From positions 20,544 to 84,543 of the IMG/VR virus record IMGVR_UViG_3300018059_000011: a DNA stretch of 64,000 nucleotides; one strand, 5' to 3'. The translations under genes and the position numbers were made by a program. Every line of letters begins with the position of its first letter. Position 1 is the first letter of the stretch. A model generated the notes under the pieces. It was not told where the DNA came from. It was given only the letters and a program-made list of their open reading frames with translations, and did not search any database. This document shows, one piece after another, positions 53,331 to 63,577 of the stretch. Origin of the DNA: a virus.

Positions 53331-54170
53331 TCAGCTTTCCTCCACTTGCTTCTTGCGGAAGTCGAAACCCCGCTGCCAGTAGTTGACAGCGGCGACTTCG
53401 GTGTATGGGGCCTTCGGCGGGGTCCGCCCGTCTTTGGCCCCGGCCCAGCGGTCATATGCCGCCGATCCTTCACGTTTCCAGACCGCGTGCTTCTTCAGCG
53501 TCGCCGACATCTCGTCAAGCGCCGCCGCCAGCATGTCGTCATGCGCGGGCCTATCGTCGATCAGCACCCCACGGTGCTCAGCGTCCAAGAGAATGGCGTT
53601 GCACGCAATCGCATGGCCCAAGTGGTGAACCTCGGAGTCAGGAGCGAGCCGCTGGCCTTCCCACCAATCGAGGACATGGCGAATGGACGCGGCCACATAG
53701 ATCGACGCGATCACGGGCTTGTCCCGCCAATTGTACGGGCCGTACTTGTCGGCGCCGTCCATCATCGCCATCGCCCCCCAGGCGTAGCCGATGGCCGGGA
53801 ACTTGGAGAAGTCCACTTTGACGGCCCCGAACAGGTCTTTGGGGTTGGCTGTGGTCGCCTTGGACTTGGCACCGGCCACAGGCGCGTTATCGCCGGTCTT
53901 GGCGGCCTCGGCGGCTGCGAACACCCTGGCAATGGCGACGGCATCGTCGGGCTTCACGGCTGTCCCGAGAGGCGTGGCCCGGCCTACCACGAGCGGGCGC
54001 TCGGGATGGGTAGCACCATCACCCGGCTGGGCTGTCACCACGTCGATGCCCTTAGCCGGACGGGGCTGGATCATCTGTCGGCGGGTCTCACCGCTGGAAT
54101 CGAGTGGCGGAAGATCGGAACCGTCCTGGGCTCCACCAAATTCGTTGATCCCGGTCATCGTCATCCTCAA
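53331..54170 (-). CDS. DUF5664 (dATP/dGTP diphosphohydrolase-domain) protein
   Basis: NPKD...GADKYGPYNWR...RH...DSEVHHLGHAIAC...DDRP. Confidence 0.82.
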   Translation of the reverse strand: MRMTMTGINEFGGAQDGSDLPPLDSSGETRRQMIQPRPAKGIDVVTAQPGDGATHPERPLVVGRATPLGTAVKPDDAVAIARVFAAAEAAKTGDNAPVAGAKSKATTANPKDLFGAVKVDFSKFPAIGYAWGAMAMMDGADKYGPYNWRDKPVIASIYVAASIRHVLDWWEGQRLAPDSEVHHLGHAIACNAILLDAEHRGVLIDDRPAHDDMLAAALDEMSATLKKHAVWKREGSAAYDRWAGAKDGRTPPKAPYTEVAAVNYWQRGFDFRKKQVEES

Positions 54171-54333
54171 TCGGCTTCGGTCTTGGGCGCGTCCCCGCCC
54201 CGGTAACGACTGCGCGATTGCCGGAGCCGGGACGGCTCCAACCGGATTTCGCGCGCAAGCTGGTGGGCCTCGATACGATTGCGAGGCACGGCGTAGGTGC
54301 CGGGTTGCCGTACCGAGGTATCTGGCGTCGCCA

Positions 54334-54852
54334 TCACAGCGAAGGTGTCAGCAAGCTGACGGCGATGTCGGCGGCGTTCTCCAGCGACGGGACGATGTAC
54401 GGCGCGCACGCCCGCAGGAACAAATGGTCGTTGGGGTTACGCCAAATAATGTGGCCCGCAGGATCGAGCTTAGCCGGTTCGATGACCATGATGATCGGCT
54501 TGCGGTTTTCCAGGGCGATGCCGAACTCGACGGCGGTTCCCAGTGACGGGATCGTCGCCCCAAGATAGCAGGCGATCATGGCATCGCAGGACCGAACGTC
54601 ATTGCTGTCGCGGGCGAGGATGCCGTGAGGCGACCCGAAGCCTTGCAGCGACGAATAGTTGGCGACGCCGGAAATGCACTGTTCCTTCTCCAAGAACTCT
54701 TTCTCGCGCATCGGCGAGTAGCATTCCAGGTGGGTGGCATCGCGGTCGGCGAGCATCTGGACAAAGGCTTTGCGCCAGCCAAAGCGGGCAGCGTTGTAAT
54801 CGCAGCCGGTAATCGGCCCCGCAAGATACAGGCGTTTCTTCTGAAAGCTCAT
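54334..54852 (-). CDS. Nucleoside 2-deoxyribosyltransferase-like protein
   Basis: LYLAGPI...SPMR...RDSNDVRSCD...SLGTAVEFGIA...KPII. Confidence 0.85.
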   Translation of the reverse strand: MSFQKKRLYLAGPITGCDYNAARFGWRKAFVQMLADRDATHLECYSPMREKEFLEKEQCISGVANYSSLQGFGSPHGILARDSNDVRSCDAMIACYLGATIPSLGTAVEFGIALENRKPIIMVIEPAKLDPAGHIIWRNPNDHLFLRACAPYIVPSLENAADIAVSLLTPSL

Positions 54853-55938
54853 TCTTCTTCTCCCGTTGAATCCTCGTCGTCGATACCGGCCATTGCCTTC
54901 TCGTTCTCGGCGACGTACTTGGCCGCTTCGAGCGGCGTCAATTCATCGTCGTAAGCATCACGCCAAGCTTCCTTGTCCGGGCGTTGCCAGTCCTTCCCCA
55001 TGATCTTGAAGAAGCTGATCTCGCAGGACTTCACGTAGCCGTCGTATGACTGCGGAGACCTTGCGATCTCGCCGGTCTTTGCCGTGGGAATAAATCCACG
55101 CTTCGACGGCGGCGTCGCCACGAGCCCGAGCTTGTTCACATCGCGGACGACTTTCTTGGCGCCCTTGCTGGCAACTCTCTTCTTGGCGACGATCTCAGGC
55201 ATATTGAGGCAGCCTCACGATGCGAAGACTCTTGGACTCGCGTCTCTGGATGACGACGTTATTCCCAGTCATTGGCTTCTCGGGATCGACGGCCACGAAC
55301 TGGGAATACCAGCCTTCCTCAGTGTCGATTTCCTTGACATGATTCACCACGTTGTCGCCATCGTATATCATCAGGCGATGCCAGTCAAGCGGAATCCCAT
55401 AGAGCCCGGCGTCGCGGTCGGGAACGCGGGCGTATGTGATAGCCTCACTCATGTTGGGTCTCGTCAGCCTGATGGAAATGCGCGAACTTGAAATCCCGTG
55501 CGAGCACGGCGTCGAGAGCGTCGCGGACAAGATACGCCCAGCCCATGCGCCGAGCAAATTTCTCAACGCCGCTGACAACGGTTTCCCATTCGACCTTGCG
55601 TCCACTGAGGAAGCTCTTGGCAATCACTCGGTAGTCAGAGATCGGAGCCATATCGCTTCGGTTTTCGAGGACGATCTCGCCGATCTTCTCGGCGCGCTTG
55701 GCGTCGCCGGACGGCAGGAAATCGACTGTGATCCGAAGGCTCATGGAATTGGAATCCCACGTTTCTTCATCTCGTGTTCGCATTCGCCGCAGCGCTCATA
55801 GGCCCATTCACCAGGACTGCCGCCGTGGCCGTCGCCCTCGCGGGACTCGTCGAACTCCGCAGCCACTTCCTTGAACTCGGCGATCAGATCAGCATCGTCG
55901 AGATCGGCAGCGTGCTTCTTGTTGCGTGTCGTCAGCAT
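54849..55938 (-). CDS. Four small hypothetical proteins
   Basis: Coupled ORFs 54849-55202, 55195-55452, 55445-55744, 55741-55938. Confidence 0.55.
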
Positions 55939-56834
55939 CAGACTTTCTCGCGGATAATCTTGAGACCGTCTGCACGGATGACCGCCGCATGGCGCCGACC
56001 GGGCTCAATCTCTTTCCAGATGACAGCGTATCTCTTCACGAGATCGGCCTCGATCACGTAGGAGCCGTGGACTTCGGAGTCCGGGTTTGCCTCGTCGCGG
56101 ATAATCACATCTTGCCAGTCCCCAAACCCGACAGCGGCATAGGCATCGGGCGGCGTCGCATTCCATTCACCACCGAGGCGACGAATTTCCGGCTGGCTCT
56201 TACCGGCATCGACAGCGGCGTTGAAGCCACGGACCATGCCCGAGGACCAGCCGAGATCGGTGTAGATGGTGACGAGGTTGGCCCGGCGCATGATATGCCA
56301 GCCCAGGCCCATGCCGAGTTCTCGCTCCTCGTGAACCTCGTCACGAAGGATGCCGTCCTGGGTGTAAAGCAGATGTGATGCGAACGGGGCCTCACCGCGA
56401 AGAATGCTGTCGCGAATCGCAGCGCGCGCATAACGGATGTTGTACGCCTGGGTGCCCGGCCCGATACCGCGCACATCTTTCAGGCCCATGAACGGCGACT
56501 CGACGATCACAAACGGCTTGATCTTCGCCGGATCGTCGTCGGGATGATTGACGCGAACGCCAGCAGATTTTCCGATGATGCCTTCCATAGTCCTCGCCTT
56601 TGGATGCTGCGAGCAATCGCAGGGCTTTCCGTAATGGAAAGCGCAGTCTACTTCGTGGCCGCGTTCGAGCGAGGTCACCGCGTTCTCGACGCGAACCGTA
56701 CCGGGGTTCAGACGAACGTGCTCAGCGACATCGGAGGGGCTGTCGTGCCCCGCCGGGAGATCGACGAAGTAGAAGAAAGGCGGACACGACTTGCCTTCCT
56801 TCGTACTCGCGCGATGAAAGATGACCTCGGTCAT
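55938..56834 (-). CDS. Multi-domain protein with a DUF4406/deoxyribosyltransferase-like core
   Basis: VIVESPF...YARAAIRDSILRGEAPFASHLLYTQ...YTDLGWSSGM. Confidence 0.6.
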   Translation of the reverse strand: MTEVIFHRASTKEGKSCPPFFYFVDLPAGHDSPSDVAEHVRLNPGTVRVENAVTSLERGHEVDCAFHYGKPCDCSQHPKARTMEGIIGKSAGVRVNHPDDDPAKIKPFVIVESPFMGLKDVRGIGPGTQAYNIRYARAAIRDSILRGEAPFASHLLYTQDGILRDEVHEERELGMGLGWHIMRRANLVTIYTDLGWSSGMVRGFNAAVDAGKSQPEIRRLGGEWNATPPDAYAAVGFGDWQDVIIRDEANPDSEVHGSYVIEADLVKRYAVIWKEIEPGRRHAAVIRADGLKIIREKV

Positions 56835-56839
56835 TGGGA

Positions 56840-57313
56840 CTACCGATTGACGACGATTTTGCCGGGCACGAAATCCGCGTTCTTCGTCTCGTCGGATCGC
56901 TTGAGCATGATCTCCTGAAAGCCGATGTGCTTTCCATCCTGATCCACGATTTCGACCAAGCGCGTGTAGTACGGAGTGTCGTAGCAGTCTCCCGATTTTT
57001 CAATCTGAGCCGCTTCGTAAGCGACGTTCACACGGCGCTTATGCTCCAGAGCCACGTCCAAAAGGACGCCGTACAAAAGAGGCTGAATCCAGTACCGCAG
57101 TTCTTCCTTGATCTGGCCGGTCTTGACCAGTTCGCGCGGAATCTCCTGAATGAGTCGCGTCAGCGAGTAATTCAGTTCCCCCGCGAACGCGGCCTCGTAG
57201 CCGTGGCGCCCAGCAGCGGCGACAATCGCTTTCGCGAGTTCGGAGATGGCTGGATTCATAACCGCGCGGTCGTCTGCAAGACCGGGGGTCTTGTCACTCG
57301 GAACGTATGGCAT
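56840..57313 (-). CDS. Conserved phage hypothetical protein
   Basis: MPY...GELNY...E..RR....YE...I...GD pattern. Confidence 0.65.
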   Translation of the reverse strand: MPYVPSDKTPGLADDRAVMNPAISELAKAIVAAAGRHGYEAAFAGELNYSLTRLIQEIPRELVKTGQIKEELRYWIQPLLYGVLLDVALEHKRRVNVAYEAAQIEKSGDCYDTPYYTRLVEIVDQDGKHIGFQEIMLKRSDETKNADFVPGKIVVNR

Positions 57314-57619
57314 TTAGCCCTCCAGGGTTTTGGTTTGAAAGACCGGCGTGAACGAACGCCGTTCGAGATTGGCGGTCCAGACAATCGCGCGGATGCCGCT
57401 GGCGTTTGCCCGACGTTCGCCGGTTTTCCTAATGAGTCCATCTCGTGCGAGTTCGGAAACGCGCGGACGGATCGAGAGCACGGACTTGCCGAGCTTGATC
57501 GCGATTTCGTCGGCGGTGAAGTCCCCCTCGCAGAGAACGAGTTCGACTTGCTGGGTAAGGATGCCACCGTAGTAGCGGCGCGGCTTGGCCGCGACTTCCG
57601 CTGCAAACACGTCACTCAT
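57314..57619 (-). CDS. Winged-helix DNA-binding protein
   Basis: TADEIAIKLGKSVLSIRPRVSELARDGLI..TGERR. Confidence 0.8.
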   Translation of the reverse strand: MSDVFAAEVAAKPRRYYGGILTQQVELVLCEGDFTADEIAIKLGKSVLSIRPRVSELARDGLIRKTGERRANASGIRAIVWTANLERRSFTPVFQTKTLEG

Positions 57620-57831
57620 GTTGGGGCTCCGTCCTTTGGAATCTTCGGCTCATCCTTTGGCCTCGTGGGAACGATGGGCTTGCGCGTCCATGTCCCGCGA
57701 AGATTGAATCCGATCAACGATGCCGTGAAATAACTCTGACCGTCGTCGTCTGCGCCGCATTCAAAATCGGCGAATGACCCGAAGTTGTCCTCGAAGTCCC
57801 ATCCCCACGAAAGGGAAAGCTGGGCCATGTC
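57616..57831 (-). CDS. Hypothetical protein
   Basis: MAQLSLSWGWD... downstream of a promoter. Confidence 0.5.
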   Translation of the reverse strand, partial: DMAQLSLSWGWDFEDNFGSFADFECGADDDGQSYFTASLIGFNLRGTWTRKPIVPTRPKDEPKIPKDGAPT

Positions 57832-57969
57832 ATCGAAGCCCTTTTCATTATCCGTGCTCGCGACTGACGCTCCGACCCCGAAATCGAATGGGCCGGTCTC
57901 GAAAAAAGCAAACACGTTGAGGGCTGAGTACAGTGCCACGCTTCCTCCCAAGTAACGACATTGGGCGCA

Positions 57970-57998
57970 CGTATACTATAGGCCGTCGCCAAAGTCAA
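57970..57998 (-). promoter_or_regulatory. Sigma70-type early promoter
   Basis: cTTGACT-17bp-TATACG; intergenic. Confidence 0.65.
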
Positions 57999-58005
57999 GC
58001 GGTAT

Positions 58006-59706
58006 TTACGCGAAGAACCGCCCGGCCCAAAAGAATGCGATGCTGCGCTTTCCGTTCTGGTACGTGATGATGTGCGCGTGCGTATGCGACGACAAGCCGT
58101 GAACATATTCGAGGCGACGCTTTGAGGACGTGCCGCCCTGGTAGGCGCCGCCTGTGATCCTCGGGGAATGGCTGTGTCCGCCGTTGGCCTTGCGTCCGCT
58201 GTTGGCGATGGCGCGGGCCGATCCCCTGGCGCCGTCCGCACCCCGGTCGAAGTGAAGGCCGCATTCAATGCCGCCGCCCGCGTCTTTGCAGATGATGAAG
58301 CTTTCGTCTTCGGGCAGGAACGAGACGCCGAGCTTTTTCAGCTTGGAGGTCCACCCGACCAACTTCATACCTTCGACAAGAACATCTGCCTTGACGCCGT
58401 TGACGCGCTGCCACTTGAAGACGGCATCGTTCAACGCCGACCAGAACTCGGCATTCACCGGGTCTTTGCGCCCATCGACCTCGGTGAGCCAACGCTCAGG
58501 ATGCCGATCATGATTCGAGTTGACGACAATGGTCTTCGTGAACGGTCTCGCCGCGTGTTCGAGAAACTTGCCGACATCATCGAACTCGGTGCGAACGCTT
58601 TCTTTGTGCTCGATATAGCGAAGGTGCATCACATGCGAGTTCTTGATGTTATGATGGCCGCGACGGCTGAAGTCCAGAACGTCATGGATGAACTGGTACT
58701 CCGGCTGGAGCATATCCACAAGGCCGCCTTCGCCCCATGTGGCCGCGTCCACTTCCGGGTCAATGTTGTCAACATGAACGTCGCCGCCGGTCAATGCCTT
58801 GATGCGGTGACCATCCGTGACTTCTCCATCCTTCACCCGCAGCGTCAGATGATAGATGGTCCCGGTCGAGTCTGCGTTGATCTGATGGGGCCACCAATTA
58901 CCCTCGGAATCGACTTCGATCAGCAACGCGCCATAGGCGTGATGAAACTCGGCCTTGAGACCGGCGGCGCGCTGGATATAATTGCGAAGCGTGACCGTGC
59001 CGGTCGTGAAATTGAGCTTCGTGCCCTCACCTTTCATCGCCGCCACCGGCTCCAAGCCGATGGTCGTGTGCGGGAGGATCATCGACTTGCGGCCCGTCAA
59101 CACCTTCTTGCCCGCGAGCGGATTCGCCGTCGTCGGGCTTTCATTGGCCTCGCCGCAGAACACGAGACCCGGCGCGACTTCCATGCGCTGGTCCATGAGG
59201 AATGGTGTCAGCCGGTCATCCCATTTGAAATCGCGAACGGCCTTGAAGCGTTCGTTGTTCATCCACGCTGCTTTGTCGCCGCTGCCGTCCTTGTAGTAGG
59301 AGAACCGCGAGACGCAGATGCGCGCATCGTAGTGCTTGGCGAGGGCCTGAAGATTTGTCCAGAAGCCCTCATGCAGATTGGTATTGTTCTGGGCGCATGT
59401 GAAGAAATACCGATGGATTTTTCCCTTGTGCGGAAGCGGCGCCAGCTTCTTCGTTCGCATGGCCTTGATCTTGCCGCCGCGCCGTGGGCGACGACGCTGA
59501 GGCTTGTAGTCTCCGTTTTTGACCTCGGCGATGTGCTCGCGCGTCTTCCGGCCAGGACGAATCGGCTCGATCAATTGCTGGATCAGTGCTTCATCGTAGA
59601 GAGCGTGGACTTTTTTCCAGCCGGTGTTCGTCTGCCGAGCGACGGCTTTGAGGCTGCCATGCTTTTCGAGCGCGCGGACAAGTTGCTTCGGCGTGGTGAT
59701 GGTCAT
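58006..59706 (-). CDS. Calcineurin-like metallophosphoesterase with N-terminal HTH
   Basis: GDVH, HDVLD, SNHD, GHSH motifs. Confidence 0.75.
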   Translation of the reverse strand: MTITTPKQLVRALEKHGSLKAVARQTNTGWKKVHALYDEALIQQLIEPIRPGRKTREHIAEVKNGDYKPQRRRPRRGGKIKAMRTKKLAPLPHKGKIHRYFFTCAQNNTNLHEGFWTNLQALAKHYDARICVSRFSYYKDGSGDKAAWMNNERFKAVRDFKWDDRLTPFLMDQRMEVAPGLVFCGEANESPTTANPLAGKKVLTGRKSMILPHTTIGLEPVAAMKGEGTKLNFTTGTVTLRNYIQRAAGLKAEFHHAYGALLIEVDSEGNWWPHQINADSTGTIYHLTLRVKDGEVTDGHRIKALTGGDVHVDNIDPEVDAATWGEGGLVDMLQPEYQFIHDVLDFSRRGHHNIKNSHVMHLRYIEHKESVRTEFDDVGKFLEHAARPFTKTIVVNSNHDRHPERWLTEVDGRKDPVNAEFWSALNDAVFKWQRVNGVKADVLVEGMKLVGWTSKLKKLGVSFLPEDESFIICKDAGGGIECGLHFDRGADGARGSARAIANSGRKANGGHSHSPRITGGAYQGGTSSKRRLEYVHGLSSHTHAHIITYQNGKRSIAFFWAGRFFA

Positions 59707-60032
59707 GTGAATTTCCTCTGATAATTCGGAAGGATGCGAGCCTTGGCAGCGTCGAGAACTCGACGGCCACGAAACGTGACGACATACTCACGGGGAATAA
59801 TAGCGCGGCGGCTACGGTCGAGCTTCCACGCAAGGCATTTCCATGAGCGAAGTGTCTCCATCATCTTGATGTGGGCTTCGCTCATGTAGTCGTCGTTGAC
59901 GGTGAAAGCCATCTTCTGCCGCGCGAGCATCTCGGCGTGTTGCAAAATCTGGAGGTACATAAACGGAATCCGTTCAGCCACGGTATCAACCGGCGTCCGC
60001 CACGTAACGCGCGTGTAAGGGAGAGAGGCCAT
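59703..60032 (-). CDS. Hypothetical protein
   Basis: Coupled ORF. Confidence 0.55.
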   Translation of the reverse strand: MASLPYTRVTWRTPVDTVAERIPFMYLQILQHAEMLARQKMAFTVNDDYMSEAHIKMMETLRSWKCLAWKLDRSRRAIIPREYVVTFRGRRVLDAAKARILPNYQRKFT

Positions 60033-60544
60033 CAGTTGGCGGACCTGAGTTTCTGGAAACCATAGTACGCGATGAGCGCGGCCTCCGCAACCCCAATCGC
60101 CTGGGGCTTAGTCCAGTGTCCCCGTTTCGGTGCAAAGAGATCGGCATAGGCAGGGAAGAGGGCAGAAGCTTTCGCGACCGCCGGGCCTTTGTCGCCCTTC
60201 GGCGCCCGCACGCCCATGTCACCTTTCCACTTGACCGGCGAGATCATGGTGATGGGAATACACTTGGCGGCGACGAGCCCGCGCATGAACCCGGCGCTGT
60301 ATCCGAACTTGAAGGACGAAGACCCGCCCTGGCCGTGAATGAACCCGACCTTCTCGACATAGGCGTGGCCCGGCAGGTTTCCGATAGGCCAGAGCCTATC
60401 GAACTCCATTGCCAAGAGCGCGTAGTTGATCTCGAAGCCCTTGCCGGTGGACTTTACTTCTTCGGGTCGGAGCGCGACCAGAGTGATGCCATCGTATTCG
60501 ACGATGGCCCCGGTCGAGCCGGGATCGACGCCCAAAATCCTCAT
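60032..60544 (-). CDS. RuvC-like Holliday junction resolvase
   Basis: ILGVDPGSTGA...YVE...SSFKFG...PVKWK...AEAALIA. Confidence 0.88.
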   Translation of the reverse strand: MRILGVDPGSTGAIVEYDGITLVALRPEEVKSTGKGFEINYALLAMEFDRLWPIGNLPGHAYVEKVGFIHGQGGSSSFKFGYSAGFMRGLVAAKCIPITMISPVKWKGDMGVRAPKGDKGPAVAKASALFPAYADLFAPKRGHWTKPQAIGVAEAALIAYYGFQKLRSAN

Positions 60545-60738
60545 GGCTTTGCCTCCACTGTGGCGACGAATCGCTCGCCGCAATTGCAGATGTACGCCCG
60601 CCAAAGATTTCCGTCCGGCATCCGCACGAACGGCGACACCTTTGCGTGCGTATGATTTCCAATGATGTTGTCCGCGCGCGGGCAAGCCGGATGCAGTCTG
60701 TTGGCGTGAAAGAGAGTCTGAGCTTCTTCGCGGTTCAT
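60541..60738 (-). CDS. Small Cys/His (zinc-finger-like) protein
   Basis: C...H...CNCG; ATGA overlaps at both ends. Confidence 0.55.
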   Translation of the reverse strand: MNREEAQTLFHANRLHPACPRADNIIGNHTHAKVSPFVRMPDGNLWRAYICNCGERFVATVEAKP

Positions 60739-61166
60739 TTAGTTCTCTCCAAATAGTCCGCGCATTTACGCAAGCGTGTAACTTCGTCTTGGGCATGTCC
60801 GATTGTCCGATTGCAAGCACAACACAGTACGCCGCGTACTTTGTTTGTAACGTGATCGTGGTCTACTACAAGGCGCTTAGGTCCGGTCTTTTCAAAAGCG
60901 TCACCGCAGGCAGCGCAACAATTATTTTGACTTGAGAGCATGTTCTCAAAATCAGACAGCGAGAGTCCGTATTTTTGTTTAAGGTGCCAAACTCTATATT
61001 TGGTCCGGTAGTCATCACCGCGTTCCAATCGCCAACGATTCATGTAATTGGCATGACGCTTTTTATCGCGAAGGCGCCTAGCTACTACGCGATCAGGACG
61101 CCGGTTACGCTTTTTATCATGCGCCCGGATTCTAGCCTTGCTTTCTTCTGATCGCCACACCATCAT
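60735..61166 (-). CDS. Endonuclease VII-like homing-type nuclease
   Basis: KYGLS...QNNCCAAC...VDHDHVTNKVRGVLCCACNRTIG; AT-rich. Confidence 0.92.
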   Translation of the reverse strand: MMVWRSEESKARIRAHDKKRNRRPDRVVARRLRDKKRHANYMNRWRLERGDDYRTKYRVWHLKQKYGLSLSDFENMLSSQNNCCAACGDAFEKTGPKRLVVDHDHVTNKVRGVLCCACNRTIGHAQDEVTRLRKCADYLERTK

Positions 61167-61167
61167 T

Positions 61168-63183
61168 CTACTTCCTGTAACGGTCCTCGCGCCAGCATTC
61201 CACCGAGATCGGGCAGCCCTTCACCCACGGCGGAACCACGCACATGAGTTCCTCGAACTCATCGGCGCTGCCGAAGTCGGGATCGGTTTCGGAGATGATT
61301 TCGTCATGCACCGTCAGGATCACGGGGTACTTCGCGATCTCCAGCCGGATCATCGCCTCGGCCATGATGTCGCGCGAGATCGCCTGGACGATATTTTCCG
61401 TGAGCATCCCGCCGTAGGTTTGGATCGGACCCCATTTGCCGCCCTTCTTGGAGTCTTTACCCCAATACGTGATCTGGTCTTTCGGACCCCAAGAATGATG
61501 AACCTCTTCGATCCTTGGATTGAAATACCAGAGGCGACGGCCATTCGGGAGAATGCAAGTCAGCCATTTGCCGGACTTATCCTTGACCATCTCGAATGCG
61601 ATGTTGCGGTATGCCGAACGGAAGCCGGTCCTAACACAAGCGACAGCCGCTTCCTCAATCGCGTACCAGAACTGCACCACCTTCGGATGCTTTTTGCGCC
61701 AAGCTACTTTCTTCTCATCGACTTCGGAGTCGTTGTATTTATCGGACTTGTCGAACTTGCGCCATGCGTTGACGCCGCCCTGGTATCCGAACGCGAGTTC
61801 GCAGGTCTTGCCGACCTGACGTTCCTTTTTGTAGGTGTCCTTGGTCAGACACGGGTAGCCGAAGACCTGCGATGCCGTCGCCAGATAGATGTCCTGCGAA
61901 CCCCCGTAGCCTTCGCCACGGTCGATCCCGGCGAAGGCGTCGAGTTTCCACTGCTCGCCCGCGACCCATGCGAGCACGCGGGCTTCAATCGCCGAGAAGT
62001 CGCCGACGTTCATGACCTTGCCGGAACCGGCCACGAACATTCCGCGCAAAGCCGTGGACAGCGCATTCATGGGATCGCCGTACAGGACTTCCATTGCCGC
62101 GATGTCGCCGGTCTTGATGATCTTGATGAGGCGCGACATTCCCAGCCGCGCATTCTTGGTGATGATCTCTTCGTCGCCGCGTGGAAAGTTGTGCGGCTGA
62201 GGCCCGCGACCAGCCCACCGGCCAGTGCCAGCGCCGTGGTATTGCAGCAGCCCTCGCACGCGGCCATCACGACAAACCCAATCGAGAAGGCTATCGAGCT
62301 TCTTGATCGACGCCAGCGAGAGCATTTGACGGATTTGCAGCACCCGGCGGGCCTCGGGAGTGATCCCTTTATTTTCGAGCGCGATGTCGATGCTGTCGGC
62401 CTTCATGTCCGGCATATCGAGTTCGGCGTAATCCAAAAGCCATTGCTTGATGCGCGCCCGTTGCGATCCCTTCGTGACGATACCAGATGTCATCTTCGTG
62501 AGTTCGGCGTTGAGCGTCGTCTCGATAGTATTGCAGATCAGCTTCGCGGCGTTGATGGCTTCGAGATCAAGGGCGACGCCACGCTGATTGATAGTCTGGT
62601 CGAGCACCCAAAGCTTCTGCTCGGAGTCGGTGAGATCGCCGATGGTAACACCGAGGCCATGCTCGGTGTCTGTGTCACGGACGCAGTAGTCGTAAAGCTC
62701 CTGCATCAAGTCGAAGTCGTCGCACCATTCGCTCGTATTGTTCTTGGTGATCTTCTGCGGCGCGCAGAGTTTGCGGATCAGGAATTTGCCGCGCGGGTCT
62801 TTCTTAGTTGTGAGATTGAGGGCGTCTCCGACCTGATCCAAGCCAAGAGGCAGCGCCCGATACGCGCAGACGGCCAGTGTGTCTTTCCACCGCCGGGGCA
62901 TGGGAATGCCCATCTGCTTATTGAGAATGTTGATCCAGATCGCGCGCTCGAATTGCGCGTTGTGCGCCTCGAAGAAGATGACGCCTGAATTGATGAGGTC
63001 GATGAGGGCTTGGGGAAACGGAAGATCAGGAGTCCACAGGCCGGTGCGCCCGTTCCCGATTTTATACGACATGCACAAGATGGAAGTCGAAGCATCCTCG
63101 GCGTAGCGCCAAGCTCCAACTACAGTTACGTCCAAACGACTACGGGTTTCAAAATCGACCACAACTTTATCGGGAAGAAGCAT
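61168..63183 (-). CDS. polA: Family A DNA polymerase with 3'-5' exonuclease
   Basis: DFETRS, AHNAQFE, TGRWAG, DFSAIEARVLAW, KTCELAFGYQGG, VHDE. Confidence 0.95.
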   Translation of the reverse strand: MLLPDKVVVDFETRSRLDVTVVGAWRYAEDASTSILCMSYKIGNGRTGLWTPDLPFPQALIDLINSGVIFFEAHNAQFERAIWINILNKQMGIPMPRRWKDTLAVCAYRALPLGLDQVGDALNLTTKKDPRGKFLIRKLCAPQKITKNNTSEWCDDFDLMQELYDYCVRDTDTEHGLGVTIGDLTDSEQKLWVLDQTINQRGVALDLEAINAAKLICNTIETTLNAELTKMTSGIVTKGSQRARIKQWLLDYAELDMPDMKADSIDIALENKGITPEARRVLQIRQMLSLASIKKLDSLLDWVCRDGRVRGLLQYHGAGTGRWAGRGPQPHNFPRGDEEIITKNARLGMSRLIKIIKTGDIAAMEVLYGDPMNALSTALRGMFVAGSGKVMNVGDFSAIEARVLAWVAGEQWKLDAFAGIDRGEGYGGSQDIYLATASQVFGYPCLTKDTYKKERQVGKTCELAFGYQGGVNAWRKFDKSDKYNDSEVDEKKVAWRKKHPKVVQFWYAIEEAAVACVRTGFRSAYRNIAFEMVKDKSGKWLTCILPNGRRLWYFNPRIEEVHHSWGPKDQITYWGKDSKKGGKWGPIQTYGGMLTENIVQAISRDIMAEAMIRLEIAKYPVILTVHDEIISETDPDFGSADEFEELMCVVPPWVKGCPISVECWREDRYRK

Positions 63184-63577
63184 ATACTTCCTCCATTTTT
63201 CTAAGCACAGCCTGGGCCAATTGGAGAAGTTCTTGGGGAGAAAGACTCCCCTTCGCCCGGTTGCACCTATTGCAAATCACCCAAACATTGGTGGGGATGT
63301 ACCCGCGCTTGGAGTCAATCCTGTCCAGTGTTGGAGAATAGTTAGCGATCTTGTCGTCAGCCACTTTCATAGAGACGTGGCAAATTGGGCAATGCGAAGG
63401 AATAGGAGTGATGTCGGCGGGGGTCAATCGGTATTCAAGACCGTCTCTTCTGGAGCGTTCTCTAGCCCCTTTCAACATATTGATGTAGGGACGTTCGTGT
63501 TGTTGTCGTCTTTTGATAAGCCGCGCTTTTTCAGGAAAGCGCTTGGCCCATTTGTTCCCGCCGCCCTTTTTCCTCAT
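63167..63577 (-). CDS. HNH endonuclease inserted in the polymerase 5' end
   Basis: CPIC...PTLDRIDSKRGYIPTNVWVICNRCNRAKG. Confidence 0.9.
   Translation of the reverse strand: MRKKGGGNKWAKRFPEKARLIKRRQQHERPYINMLKGARERSRRDGLEYRLTPADITPIPSHCPICHVSMKVADDKIANYSPTLDRIDSKRGYIPTNVWVICNRCNRAKGSLSPQELLQLAQAVLRKMEEVYASSR

Noticed and set aside
60735-61170. Recoded duplication at the EndoVII downstream of polA (also checked at the 214, 6619, 10675 and 22411 nucleases)
   Set aside because: No convincing duplicated gene fragment found by eye beyond a single shared terminal Lys
58168-62988. Long plus-strand ORFs (517 aa and 616 aa)
   Set aside because: Antisense shadows of the phosphoesterase and polymerase genes
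53331-63183. Z-genome (2-aminoadenine) system
   Set aside because: A DUF5664 gene and a polA are present but no PurZ or DatZ-like gene is visible; unsupported from this window
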